From NCBI RefSeq assembly GCF_000150275.1, contig NW_002060949.1, positions 1,299,836-1,363,835 on the forward strand: 64,000 nucleotides of DNA, written 5' to 3'. The DNA is from Trichoplax adhaerens. Taxonomy: Eukaryota > Animalia > Placozoa. A program made the position numbers and the translations under genes. Each line of letters starts with the position of its first letter. Position 1 is the stretch's first letter. Below are positions 23,480-37,700 of this stretch, piece by piece. The notes below the pieces were generated by a model, which saw nothing but the letters and a program-made list of their open reading frames with translations, was not told where the DNA came from and ran no database searches.

Positions 23480-26392
23480 CTGGATGTGACATAGATGTAT
23501 CCACTATTATCAATGATTCCTATTTCAGTCAAGTTTCAAATTCACGTCTACTGAGATAAGCCATGATTAATATAGCAAGTAATAATAATAACTATAGGCT
23601 CTGTTCATTATGTGACCATCATTGAGTTGATCTATTAGTTGCATCGACATCTCATAAGATAACGTGCAATGGTGTTTCTTCTTGAAGTTCAGTTATGAGT
23701 ATATATTGACGGATAAATACAAGATAGTACTCCACTCATTTCTACAGTACAGTATTAGCATCTCCTTGATACTAACATGCTATACGCCTACTCGAATTAC
23801 TTCTATATTCTCGTTAATACCATATTGGATAACCTTGCAATAATATATTTTGTTTAAAATATAGTTACAGCTACAGTATACTCAATGGTGATTGATCGTT
23901 CTATTCCATAAAACATCTTGAAAATTTTTTTCTGTTATCTCTGCTTATCATTTTAGCCAAGGCCTCTATGGGAATCGAACAAGAGATACTCGTCCCAATG
24001 TAATAAAAGCATCGTTCGCCAAATTGGTAGCCGATTACCTTTAAAGCCTCCAGATAGAACTCATTTTCAGGTAAGTTATGTCTGTTTTATATATTAATTA
24101 TTAGTCATGAATGAGTCTTGACGCCAATATATCACACAGTACTCCCCTATCCTATACAGTATACAGTATACTCACTCGTACGATACAAAAGATACTACAT
24201 GCAGCATTTATTGACAATATCCATCTTACCATTTGTCAATGTAATATGATATGAAAGAGCGAGTGTCAAGTCTGTCATTTGAATACGTCTATAAAAAATT
24301 AAAATATCCCAAGTTTTTGTTGTTTTTTAATACGAATATTGATGAGACATTCGGATCCTATACCTGTTAACTAGTGATGATAAATTTCTTTCAAAAAGGA
24401 TTACTCATCAAAATCAATAGAAGGTAAAATAAAATAATATAATTGATTACTATTTTACCACTCTATTACTTTATAGCTATGCCCAGATGGTACTTCTACT
24501 ATCGATGGCTTCTCTTCTCTCGCCCATCAAATGTTCACCAATGATGAAGAGAAATTAATGAATCCTACTGCTACTTTAGAAGATGTTGGTTGGTTATTTG
24601 AAGAAGTCGATGAAGATGTTGGCATAATGTGGAGATCATCAACACTACCGTTGGCATTATTTGGTACTGGATTAGACGAGAAGGACTTAGGTAATCTAAG
24701 ATCTGTTACAAATCCAATAAAGATTTAGCAATTTAATATATTACGGAACACGAACAGACAAGGAGTCATTAGACCTTAATCTTATTTAAAGTCACGTCAT
24801 CATTGTTAATGATTTATGTTTACTTACCCAAAAATTTAAGTAGGTTGCGAAAGCAATATTAAATGCATAATACAATCACCAAGCCAAGCAATTCTTAAGA
24901 AATCCTCGTCACCTAATACGCAAAATCTTCGGAAAATTACTGCACTGGAAGATGAACTAGCTCGACTCAGGGAGCAAATTTCAGTTTTGGTAGTTAAGAA
25001 TGATCCTATCGCTACTAATGACAACATTGCAAAATGTAAAGTATTATTTATCTGTCAAATAATGCATAAATACATCAATTTCTAGTTAATATTTTTCGAT
25101 GTTTTAATATAAACTACAGTTTATTAGTCTGTCATTAAGAAGAGTTTGTAACGAATAATGTGATTAATATCAGTTTTCTTAATGTATCATTAGCTATACC
25201 TCATGCTACAGTTCCATTCACCGCTCCCGCGCCGCCACCACCACCACCCCCTCCACCGCCACCACCGCCGATGGCCAATGTAAAATTAATGCCATCAATA
25301 AAGTCTAAAACGAAGGTAATAAGCTTGATGAAAAGTAAAAATTGCAGTAAATTATAATAATTTTTTTAGATTCTATGTTTACTATATGTATAATTGGCAT
25401 AAAATAAAATATAATTAGCAAGAAGGGTCTTGCATGATAAATTTAGCCCATAGCCGTATACATGTACACATGTCAATAAGTGACGTTATATTATAGAATA
25501 CTACTGGAAATACCTCTAATAATAATAATGAAAATAAGATGCCAACGATTAGAGATATCGTAAAGGATATAGGTAAAGTCAAACTTCGACAAACACCAAG
25601 GTAAATATAAATATATCCCTTACCATATCAGTGCTCATTTTTTAAGTACAACCATGAAGTTACTATATTGCATGATTTACTAGATGATAAGCATTGCATT
25701 TTTCATTTCATAATTAACGCATACATTTTTATTCCGTACAAATACTATACTTGTAATACTTTTAGGTCTCCTGGAGGTACTCCGCTACACAGAAGGAAGC
25801 CTAAGACCAACCCTCAAGACCCTGCTTCCATTATTGCTGAAGCATTAAAAAAAAAATTTGCAAAGCAAATGCAGACATCATGGCAAGAATCTCCTGGTAT
25901 GATAAACAATTTGCAATTAACTGTAAATGCAACACTAACTTAATTAAATAAGGCATATTTTTAAGTTAGATTGCGAAGCGTTTACTCGACAATGTGTTAC
26001 AGTTATTGGATATTTGAATGGGAAAAATTGAATTTTTTTCTCTTACATTACAATTATCACGCGTACTGTCGTTAATTACTCATTAATGACTCGTATAATT
26101 AATTCTTCACCATAGTTTATTGTTAACAAACGAAACCATTTTTTTCAACTAAAATACAGATAAAGAGAATCGATCTTCCTCATCTTTTCAAAGTAGCCCT
26201 AAAGCTTCTGAATATTGGTCAAAGGTATAACTATAATTAGATTAACTTGCAACCGAAAAAATTGTATTAATACAAATACACGTTTATCGATTAACACTAT
26301 CTTAGACCGGTGCAAGCCCAAGAGATTCTAAAAATCGCAGTAACTTGTCATTTAATAATCCGTCCTCACCATTGGCTGTTAGAAATGTGTAG
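23081..26392 (+). CDS. MTFR1: Mitochondrial fission regulator (MTFR1/MTFR2/FAM54 family), ~360 aa, 9 exons
   Basis: Exons 23081-23134 (least certain), 23957-24070, 24477-24690, 24844(or 24841)-25035, 25194-25315, 25497-25600, 25766-25896, 26160-26224, 26306-26392. Family motifs SIVRQIGSRLPLKP..RTHFQ, TLEDVGW, KITALEDELARLREQI, poly-Pro, MPTIRDIVKDIGKVKLR and DPASIIAEALKKKFA. Confidence 0.92.
23452..23479. repeat. (AT)n microsatellite
   Basis: About 13 AT units in MTFR intron 1. Confidence 0.9.
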
Positions 26393-27569
26393 CCTGAGCC
26401 ATGTAACACAAGACTGGACAAACGTAGATATTTACTAATTGTTAATCTTAAAAATTGGGTTACCTTGATGAAATTTATGATAGCAACAACAAAGGAAAAG
26501 TCATAAAAATCTGTTGATGCAGTGTAGAACTTAGAGCTAAATAATAATGTAACAAATAGCAATGAATGATTTCGGTATATATGTACGTAGAACGGATGCT
26601 TTGGTTGCAGGTTAAGTGATTGGTTGACTATTCAGTTTTCTATTTCAAATTTAAATTCTACAATACGATAATTAGTGCTAAATGCCGAGTATGTTTATGT
26701 TAATATAATTATTCCGAATTCCGTCTTTAAATGCAACATATCACTACCAATCGAGCACTTGCTAACTTGAGGGTTGATAAAAACGATAGCTTGGTTGCGG
26801 TGTTCCTAAGATACTACAGCTCATTGAGCATTTTGTACAAAGAAATTAATTTAAACAAGTACGCCTGTTGTAGCAACACAATGATATATAGTTATTGCGA
26901 TATTAAAATACTGCATCAAAATTTTTAATAAATGTAAATTTGTACATGCTAAGATGACAGAATCATGCATTTTACTTCAAATGACCAATTTGAATAATTC
27001 AACGTTGGTACAAAAAGAATAGTTATTACTGTATATATATGCTCGATTTACTTTATTAAATTATTTATTTTATTTTATTTTATTTGTATCCGATCAGTTA
27101 TTACACTAATTAATCTCACGAGTCCTTGTGTAGGTATTTGCACCATTTATTGCCCCTCATATACGAGTATATCCATACCTCATCCACCTATTATCCTATG
27201 AGAACTTATCAGTGACACGCTAAAGGAGTCTTCCTCTCTTTTTTAATACTCTGTGTTATACGTAAATAATCATTTATCGCAGTTTTAATACGTTAGATTA
27301 AATTTTTTAATTTTATAGACTGCTTAATATGGTATGAGCTATAGAAGAAATGTATCTAGTCCGACTCTGCCTTGCACATGCATTTTCATATTAAACAGTC
27401 AGTACATTAATAGATAAGAATAATCCATACCGTAATGTTCACATTCATACAATAACTTTCTAAATTTAACTATATCAGGTTGGGCACCAAAGTGCAAATG
27501 ATTCAATTCGATTTTTAGAAAGATAAATTAATGAACAAGTAACGTAGGAAGCGGTGCGGTTTTATTTCG

Positions 27570-27572
<3 letters not shown>

Positions 27573-27600
<28 letters not shown>
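27573..27600. repeat. (TA)n microsatellite
   Basis: About 14 TA units between the MTFR and PDE7 3' ends. Confidence 0.9.
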
Positions 27601-27603
<3 letters not shown>

Positions 27604-28774
27604 GGTATTTTCTAAATTACAATAACTTATTAACTAAAAAACGATACCAAGTCAGTGGTTTAGTTTTATCAATTATCTGACATAATGGAAACTTTCTTCG
27701 AAATTCTCGAAAAGCACCAAAATTTTTTAAATCGAAGTAAATCATTGCATAATTGTCAACATACAAGATAATCGAAAATAATAACGCGTTGCTCAAGGTA
27801 CATTTTAGTCAGATAAAATACTACAGTCGAAAACAAAATACAGTAGATCGCGTCAGAAACCTAACAGAGGCTAACGCTACCAGGTGCATATTCAAATTTT
27901 TAAGTTTACATATATTATTTAGTAATCAGATAATAATTATTATTATTATTATAAAACGAAAATCAGTATAAAGCAAAAATTTATCAACCGGATCGGTATA
28001 ATAAAATTAGGTTCTGTCTACAAAAAAGTGACAGCAATCTAAATAAACTGTTTAGTTGCATCAATATTTATCAGTTTATAATAACAACCTAAAATGTATC
28101 TGTTTTAAAAATTTAATACAGACAGTATAAAAGGTAAAACGGCATTTTTATGAACAGTAATAATAAAAGCACAACTATAATTTTGATTTCATATCTATCT
28201 ATCGTTGAGAAGGGGTGTCGAAAGAAATCTTATATAACAAAAATCAATAGTGGTATGTTAAAAATTGTTGCAAAGGTATTTCGGTTCGTTTTGTAGTACT
28301 AAACAAAATGACATTGACATATTTATAGTACTGTATATATCAACAGTAACACCAATAAAGAACACTGTAATAAAATAGAACTTTGAGTGAAGATAAAGCT
28401 TATCGAATTTAACTTAATTGGTAAAACGTTACATGTCAGCCTTATTCCTAAAAAGTTCTGACTTGATCGATAGTTTTGATTAACTCATTAGATAAGGAGT
28501 GAATTATCAAACAAAGATAAGAAATGGTAAAAATTGAACGAAAAAAATAAAACATCGAACAGACAAACAATCTATAAAAATTGTAAATTAATTTAATAAT
28601 GTTAATTAATACTATAATGTGGACTCTGTCTATCTAGTACGGAAAAATTTATAATGCACACTTGGAGTGAAATTGTGTCTGGTGGTATTAGTATCTAAAA
28701 ACATTGACAGATTGATTGACGGAGCAAATATTGTTACATCGGGTACTATTCTCCATCCATAGGAAAGAACTATT

Positions 28775-31700
28775 CTAATTTTTTTCACTTTTGACAACTT
28801 TGTCCCATTTCACTAAGTTATCGTTCATATTTTCCAGCATCATATCACATAGAGGTGTATGTAAAAAGTCTGACCAACAGCTAAATAACGGCCTTGCCAC
28901 ATATTGGTAAAATCCTTTCAAAAATAACAAGTATCAATAGAAAAAATTTACGGATACAGCATCTATAAATTTAAAGATTTGACCCAGTATAGATTTCATA
29001 CATATCTTTCAATATTTAACTTATTTATAAGCTGTATCTCGACAATCAGGTATACTGTACTAACCAACTTGAATATCAGCAGTTGTATGCTTAGTGTCGT
29101 CAAAAAGTGGAGAAATTTCAATACCAAGTTCCTTTTCCTTGTTACCTGTAAACGCGTAACAGAATATTTATTTAAATAATTTGCAACAAAACGAAAACAT
29201 GGCATTTCATATAAGAGGATACCCCCCACCTTGATCGAAAAATTCTGATGTAACTCTTTTACTCCATCGCGAACATAGATGCCATGATCTACAAGGATTA
29301 CTTATGTCTGCACACTTTAATGCAATCTGTAGCATTAAGGTCTTATGATCATGGTTATTGATATTGAAGGTGTCGTTATCTACAAGTAACTGAAATTGAA
29401 ACAAGCGTGTGGCATTATAATGACTTCAAGTAAAATAAATAAATACAACTGACTGAAAAATCAGGTTATCATAGTCATTTTTCTCAACTTGACATATGTA
29501 TTTAGATTAGTAACAGCTTGTATTGTATGCTTTTAAGCATGTCAGGTACCTTAAATTTGGATAGATATTCTTGCTGTTTAGCCATATCAGTTGATAAAAT
29601 CAACGCAACAATTTGATCTTCAATAAATCGCCTACCAAAATATAGTACCAGTGCACCATATAATAAAAAATTTTTATTATCGATAACAAAAATATATCTC
29701 ATGCACTACGTAGCTAACTAATTTATCACTAAAATCAATAAATTTACCGCTGGCTACTTGGTAAGTGTTCGATAACACCAGAGTCTCTCAGTAGAGCGAT
29801 AGCAGCACGACAATGATGATTTTCCAGGACAGATATAACCTATGGATTAATTCATATATACATACAAACTGAGAAAAAATATTAATAAAACTAATCCAAT
29901 AAAGGGGGACTTACCCCGAATATTTTGGGTAGAAAATGTGAAGTTGCGATTAAGAAATTTTGATTAACTCCTAATGTGACCAGCATTAAAGCAGACATTA
30001 TAAAGTTATCTTTAAGTGTAATGGCATATTTGAATAATAGCAGAATATATTCATTGATAGATATGTCACCTGGATGGTCAATATCATGCAAAAGTGCAGC
30101 TAGTAATGAATAGAATATTTCGATTTCGCTTAAGGAATCGGCAATCTATTAATAAAATTAAATGTAATCCTTTATCATGGAAATTGACAACGTCCTCAAT
30201 CTAGAAAAAACTCCCTTATCCCTGAATTATATGAGAGGCTAATGACAATACGAATTTTCAATATCAAAAATTTATCGCATTTAAAAGCGCAACATTACAC
30301 CGTAAGAAATGCAAGTCTATAGGGTAAGATTTCACCTTGGCCTCCAATAGATAGCAATGTACTGCTTGAGTGACATCTGCAGCGTGAGTGGAATTGTGAA
30401 ATGGATTTCTTCGATGGTATGATTCTTCGATAAGTTCTAGGATGAGAATAAATACGATTAATTGAAATTGCGCCAATAAAAAGTTCTCGTATAGAATGAT
30501 AAAAATTTTAAATCACATTTTAAGTAGCCAATTGAACGTAGAATATATAATACCATGTAACATCTAATATAAATGATTCGATAACGTGCGATTAATTATT
30601 GTGTCATATAATACTTACTACATAATCGCATCAATTTAAGAACGTCCAAATCAAGCGTAGCAATTAAGTTATGTTTTTGAAATAGATGCATGGCAAGATT
30701 AAATAGCGGATGACCTATTTTAAAAATATTACATTGAGGTATAAAGAGAAAGTTAATTGATATGTACGATGTTGTAAAGAATAAGTAATTACAAGTTATA
30801 AAGTAAGTTAGATGAGTACGTAAGATTTAATATTAATACATAATTGTCTGCAATTCTTAATATGGCTGTGTAAAGATTTTATTATGTGAGACAGCATAGC
30901 CTACCTCATAGCCCTAAATTATAGACAATGATTTTTATTAGAAAGGATCGTGTAAAATAATCCCTTATGCAACCCTCATTAGTACATGATAAGAAGAAAA
31001 TACTCATCGATCGGTTATGTATGCACTAGCTTATCAGAAACTAATTTGCCTACAGTAGGTTTCAACCCATTAGGTCTATATTTACTATACGGTATATGGT
31101 TGCTATCAAGTGTTTCCTAAATAACTGAATCAATGTTATTAAGCCTCCCTATGGGTATAAATATCGATGTAGCGATTAGCTTATACTAATTCACTAAATG
31201 GAAAGACTCATTATACCAAGGACCTCAAATATCCAATGAATTATCAAAGATCTCATACCGTACAAGAAAGTCCGAAATTATCAATAAATTATAAACACAG
31301 GCATTTCTATATTGCCATATTGTATAAATAACTTTGTTCATGTATGTATATATACACTTTTAATACTACAATTTAATCTCTACCACTAATAATGTTACGG
31401 GGTATAATTAACCATGAGATGGTCTAGCAACTAATGAAAGGATATCAATCATTGCACTAATTTGAACTCTTTCTGAAGTTAATAAAACTAACGCAATNNN
31501 NNNNNNNNNNNNNNNNNNNNNNNNNNNNNNNNNNNNNNNNNNNNNNNGCCTCAGTATATCAAAAGCTATTATGCCCTAAGGTATATGGGCATAAATTTAA
31601 AGTATACGAGTCAGTAAAGCCTATATACTATCAAATATTAACGTTATCCGTACAGAACAAAGCCTAAATAGCGAAATATCGCATAAAGAGAAAAAGTTTA

Positions 31701-34700
31701 AATCCATAACTATGAAAAATATTTAAGTTTATGTATATAGGTCTCTAGTATCAAGTCACGCTAGTCTATGATAAAATAAAAGAAAAATTTTACTGCTTTA
31801 TTTATTGTTTACAGAAATACTTCTGATCTATTATCAATCGATATAGATATATATATATATATATCATGAAATTTACTAGCTATTCATATATTTATAGGGA
31901 TAATATGTAAAAATGCGTAGAGTACCAGTTTTAGCCTAAGTATATCGTTAAGAAATGAGAAAATTTTGCAGGGTGTGTGTACCTTGCACAGATGTGAATT
32001 AGAATTATAGTAATTTAGAAAACCTTCATTCTTTTACGGTAAACTAAATAAGGAAACGAATTGGTAATATTACCCTGATTTAGAATAGCATATTTCTTAC
32101 CTCTTGTTACTAAATCCAGTTTTATTGTATCAAATTCCCATTCGTCGGCATTATCTAATAACATCTGTGAAATATCAACAATCAGTTTCTATATTGGTGG
32201 ATATATGAATGTAACATATAAATAGATTATATCATACAAGAATCAATATGTGCCATAATTTAAAGCTAAATCATCAACCAAGAAATTATTACCCGAGGAC
32301 TAAAATCTACAATAACGGGGATAAATATAGGCTCTTTGCCACTGGCCTGAATTGTATAGTATACAGTCGAGCAGATCTATATTTTTCCCATTATTTGTAT
32401 TGTATTGGTAAATGCATTTAACTTGTAACTGACTACAGTATAGTATTATTAGCTTTGTAAATACTTTATACGTTTCTATTACAATTATATATTTAATAAA
32501 GTAAAGTATTAATTAATTTTGGCTTGAATTACTATGAATAACAATTTATCGTAACTAATATTGGATTATTAGCAATATTTTCGTTTACATGCCTGATTAT
32601 AAGCTTACAAGATATTATCACAGTACTATACTATCATTTAGGATGGAATGATAAGATCCCAAGTGACTCTTCGATTCACCGTTTAACATTGTACATTGTG
32701 CACTTATAGGGGATCCGGTAAAGTTTGAGGAGCTACAATGCATTGCCGCGATAAACATTCTTTGCAAGGTACAAAACAACGAAAATTTCTGTTATAATTT
32801 CTATGTGCCGCACAGACAATGTAGTTTACACAACGGTAAAAAACAACACCAAATATATACTATACGGAGCTGAAGTAGTTCAAGATGCATATCTCGAGAT
32901 CTGTGCTAACTACTAAAGCCCCTTTTAAATAGTACAGTCTCTTAAAATATGTACAAGTACAGTATTGTATGGCATCATACCGTTGAAATGTATATTGTCT
33001 ATTGCAATAACGATTATACACTATATAAGGCCAAAGGGAACTTCAAAGGATTAATATAATAGATAAAACGCCAAAATGTATACAGTACGTCATAAACAAT
33101 AACTCGATTAATGATCAGGATGATACGCACACATCTCTATTACAATATACGCGTATATTGTAAATTTAATTAATTTATATGCATGCTCGAAGTTACGTGC
33201 TTGAGGAGGGAATATTAAAAAAAATAATGAGAATTTTAAAAAAATAAATACCTATAGAATTCAATACAGTATCAACTGCTGATTATCTGAAATTGATAAC
33301 CCGGTAGCGATCATTATAACTGATAAGGTAGAATTGAAATTGGGGTATGTTAAGTTAATTATGGTGCTTCGTCTCCGACGGTGAGAGGAATCTGCGATTA
33401 TTAAAATCCTTCTTGAATCTGATTTATGCAACTACCGTATAAGGCAATATTGTCTTGCTATACAAAGCATAATAATTTTTTTTGCATATCAACAGTTTTA
33501 CAGTTTGCGTACGTATTTAGCGAAAATCAATGATGCATTATATCAAGCTTTAACAGTAACTATTTAGATCAAGTTAAATTTATAACCTTACACTCCAACT
33601 ATCACATTGTGATACAAATGTATATATATATACAATATAAATAATAATCGTATGTTATCCTTTAAAAACATGTAGTTCATTAATCCATTAAGATCCTGTA
33701 GAACCGGATCAATACTAGAACCTTTACGTCATACTGTACATTAACACGAAGTTTCAGGAGTGCAAAGTTATAAAATATTTTCTTCCCTTACAACTCTACT
33801 CAACGATCTGGTCTATAGCATATCTCGTATGATAGCTATCATTATCGGATGTTAAATTGATTATATCTCGTGGTCAATACGTTACGATGTTATGCTTACA
33901 AGTTATAAGTGTATAACAACGATCTATAGTTGCTAGTTGTCGATAGAGCAATTATACATTGATACGCGTTTACTATTGTTTCAAGACTTACTTGCCAATA
34001 TGTTAGCTATTTATACATTTTAGTAAGCACAATACTGTAGCAACGATTCATAAATATTGTATATAAACGTATTAATTCACTTAATGACAACACCTGCAAA
34101 ATGGTCAATTGCAAGAATGAAGTAACGCAATTTAGTCTGCTGCCTGAAGCTATAAAGTACCCTGAAGCATCAAATATGAGCTAATTGAATATAAAACTAA
34201 ACACTGTTAGGATGAGAACATAGTGTCATGATCAACACTATTATTCAATATACTGTACAGTATATATAAAATTCTTGTGATACGTTTGTGGCTTACAAAG
34301 TAATGAAATTGCATGTATTGTTAATACGCTTACTAATCGACTGGTATTCATAAATTACATAAGTACATTTTATGGATGTAATGGTATGTAAAAATGCAGC
34401 AATTTATACGGCATCGAAAATTATCGTATCGTCTAATGATTTAAAGCAAAATAAAAGAATTAAAGTTTGATTATGCATTATTAAAAGCTCAAAGATAGCA
34501 ATCGATTTTAACGATCAATATAATCTCAAATTAAAATTTCTTCATTTAAAATGATTCAGTCGTTGCAATGACTCACTAAGGATATGAGAAAATCAGGCAG
34601 TATAAAATATGTTCCATGCAAGTAATGACAGGAATCCGCCTATTTATTTTGTAGTATACTTAATTAAAGTTAACAAGAGTGCTATAAAGACTGCCCGATC

Positions 34701-37700
34701 AAGATAAAAGTATGCACTGTTATGAACCGCGCCAACAACTATTTTAGCTTCTTGTGTAATCGCTGTCAATGAAAAGTAGTAATGCCAGCAATATGGCTTT
34801 TACGTATGAGACTTGAAAAGCATCGATTAACTTTTTACCGGAAATTGATGAGGAAATAGGTCCTATTAGCTGGATATTTCGTTAATGCAGTAAGAATGTC
34901 AAGGAGATGAAAGTAGATTTCTATTTGGAAAGTGTCAATTGGTGTATGTATGTATACCAAGGTAGACATGGTCAATCACTTGCGAAAAGATGGTATCTTG
35001 CACTGCCAATGAAAGAATGATACAACGTACCATCGCTGCTAGATGATATTACTAGGTAAACTATTGTGTCCCGATTAGCGTAAAATCACATACATTTAAA
35101 ATATACCGTACTTCTATGCTCCATTTTCCATTTTTATCTCTCTACTTGTCAGACAAATAAACAATAATTTTTCACCCGATGATGATAATAATATTATTAA
35201 TTAAACAATACGCGTTCAGACGTAACATAGTAACAAGACGCAATATTTATAAAATGTCCACATCTACTGTGCTATATACGGGTGAACAGTACTGTTGTAT
35301 ATGCCTTGTGCTCCATATCAAAACGGCGAAACTAGTCAGTCTGTTGGATCATCATGTAAAGCTATAAGTAGAAGTGAGTGGTGGGTGATTCAATGTGATA
35401 CCGTAAAATAGTTATGAAGTACTTTATTGATGGTTATTGACAATGCTTCACTAATATCATTGTCTAACTTTGGTCTATGGCAGCACTAAAGAGGATGTTA
35501 CCGACGTCAATGTGAACTGTGCACGTATAATCCGATTTCCAATAAATACAATTTTTAGAAAAACAAGACTTTGGTGTATTGCTTAAGTTGAAGTGTACTA
35601 GATTGCAATTAGCGTCTTGTTGGTGGACAACAACTAGGCATTATTGTAAGAGCAGGGATAAAATGTTGAAATTATTTTCAATTTAATTTGACCCATAATA
35701 GAAATACTGTAAGCATAGTCATTGAATAGGATGCAATGGTAAGCATATCGTATTTACAGCTAATAGCATGAGAATAGAATACAGTAACAAAAAACTTATT
35801 TACCTGCGTTAGGCCAGGATATTCGGTGTCCAAGACCAGCGTCGGTAAATGAGTGTGCTTGGATGCATTGAAATAGCTTTTGTTATCACTAAATTTTGTA
35901 CCAATACTTGATCGTCGTAACAACATGCAATTTCTATAACGCCGCCTTGCAGTACAATTGTCTACGGTAGTTTCGTTGATTGTAGTTGAAGTATCTAAAC
36001 GACAAGAGACAATAATGTATAGAAATGTTAACAAATAGACATTGAAAGCAAATTCAAAAAAATAGTAGTATATTACTAACATAAATTGTTCTAGCGTAAC
36101 ACTATCACCCGATCAACCTAATTTAAATCGCAATTGACGAGCATATTGGTGTATCATGAGTAAACAAACTGGTTTTCATTGATCAAATTTATCATTTTAA
36201 TTACGGCATGATCAAAAAATAAACTAACGCTAGTGTATGGTATATTTTAGGACTACATGCAATTTCCCATCGAGTAATAACGCACCATAGTATAGTACAG
36301 TCTCCATAGTGGCCTATTACTCTCATCAAAGTAGTGATGAGGAAAAGATGACAAAAAAAAAAAAATTACGTCAAAGTTGCCTTTGTTCCAATCAACAGAT
36401 ACGGCCTATAAGCAGACTGAAATTTGGATCCGATTATCCCTAAAGTGCCTATGACTATTTGTAATAAGGAAATGTCTAGATTGAAGAAACGTATAGGCAA
36501 CAGCCTAACTTTACTCTATCTCTAGATACTGTATCATGGAAAACAACAAAGAAAATTATTTTGGTAAAGAAATTCCAAATTGTGCGATATTCTCATGGCC
36601 TCCCTCTCCCAAAATTGCCAGTGCTTGCTTGCAAATACGTTTCAATGACAAACGATCGCTGATTCTAGCGACAGTTGAAGTATTTTTTTATTGCATCTTG
36701 CACAGGGCAATGCCGTATCGTATGCAGTAGCATTGCAATTCATCTTGCATCTATTTACTTACTGTACATTAAAGTGTCTAGTATGACAGTGCTTTTGCCC
36801 TTATTTCTGGATCAATGACAACACATGTAAAAATGGATCTACAATCGTGAGTTATCTTATCTGTGTGAAGAGTGATGATTCATAAACTACCTTGTCGTGT
36901 AGAGTATTTACTTTTATATTGACAGATTTTATTTTGAAGTGGTTTAGCTTTTTTCTTTTATTCGACAGTATTGGTAGAACTGTATATAGACCTCGTTGGA
37001 TGATAGCGTTTATTAGCCGACAAGCGGCATATTTCAATAGCCATCTACTGCCATACTTTACTGCTGTACAAAGGTTGTAGTAGTCTGATAACTGTAGAGT
37101 AGACAAGTGATATCAAATACAAGAGTCCATGTTGACTTTTTGTCTATCCTGCTACACACACACACACGCATTGAATAAGTCTGACAATATTTTTTTACCG
37201 TTTTCGTTGATCAATGTTGATGAAGGCAATTGCGGCAATCTAGCCATACTACCAAGTCGATTTGCTTTACGTGACTTGTCCAAATTTCTTCGTATTCCAA
37301 TGTCACCTGTACAATATCATGGTGTTCAAGCAAAAGAAAAAACTTTAGCAAACACTCATCGCTGCGGTTTCAACGTTTCAACGGTAACTGATGGCCAATG
37401 ATATTACTGGATGGCATTATATACGGCTAACGACTGCTTCACTTTGGACACGTACCGTGAGTCCAGTACAGTCGTGTACAGTGTATAGTCGTGTACAGTG
37501 TATAGTACTGTACAGTCGTGTACTGTACTGTACAGTGTCCAGTACAGTGTACAGTACAGTACAGTCCTGTACAGGGTGGGACGGACGTGTGACAGACAAA
37601 ATACCAATTACAGCTTCTGTATGGCAGTACTGTACTCAGTAAGCTTTTGTCACCAGATACTGGAGATTATCGTATGATGTCAGTGTACACTCACTGCTGA

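Noticed and set aside
2837-37642. Short ORFs rich in STVLYC/QYSTV (e.g. 2837-3061, 10396-10617, 11014-11196, 22111-22326, 37391-37642)
   Set aside because: They are translations of the stop-poor CAGTA/TACTG repeats, not proteins.
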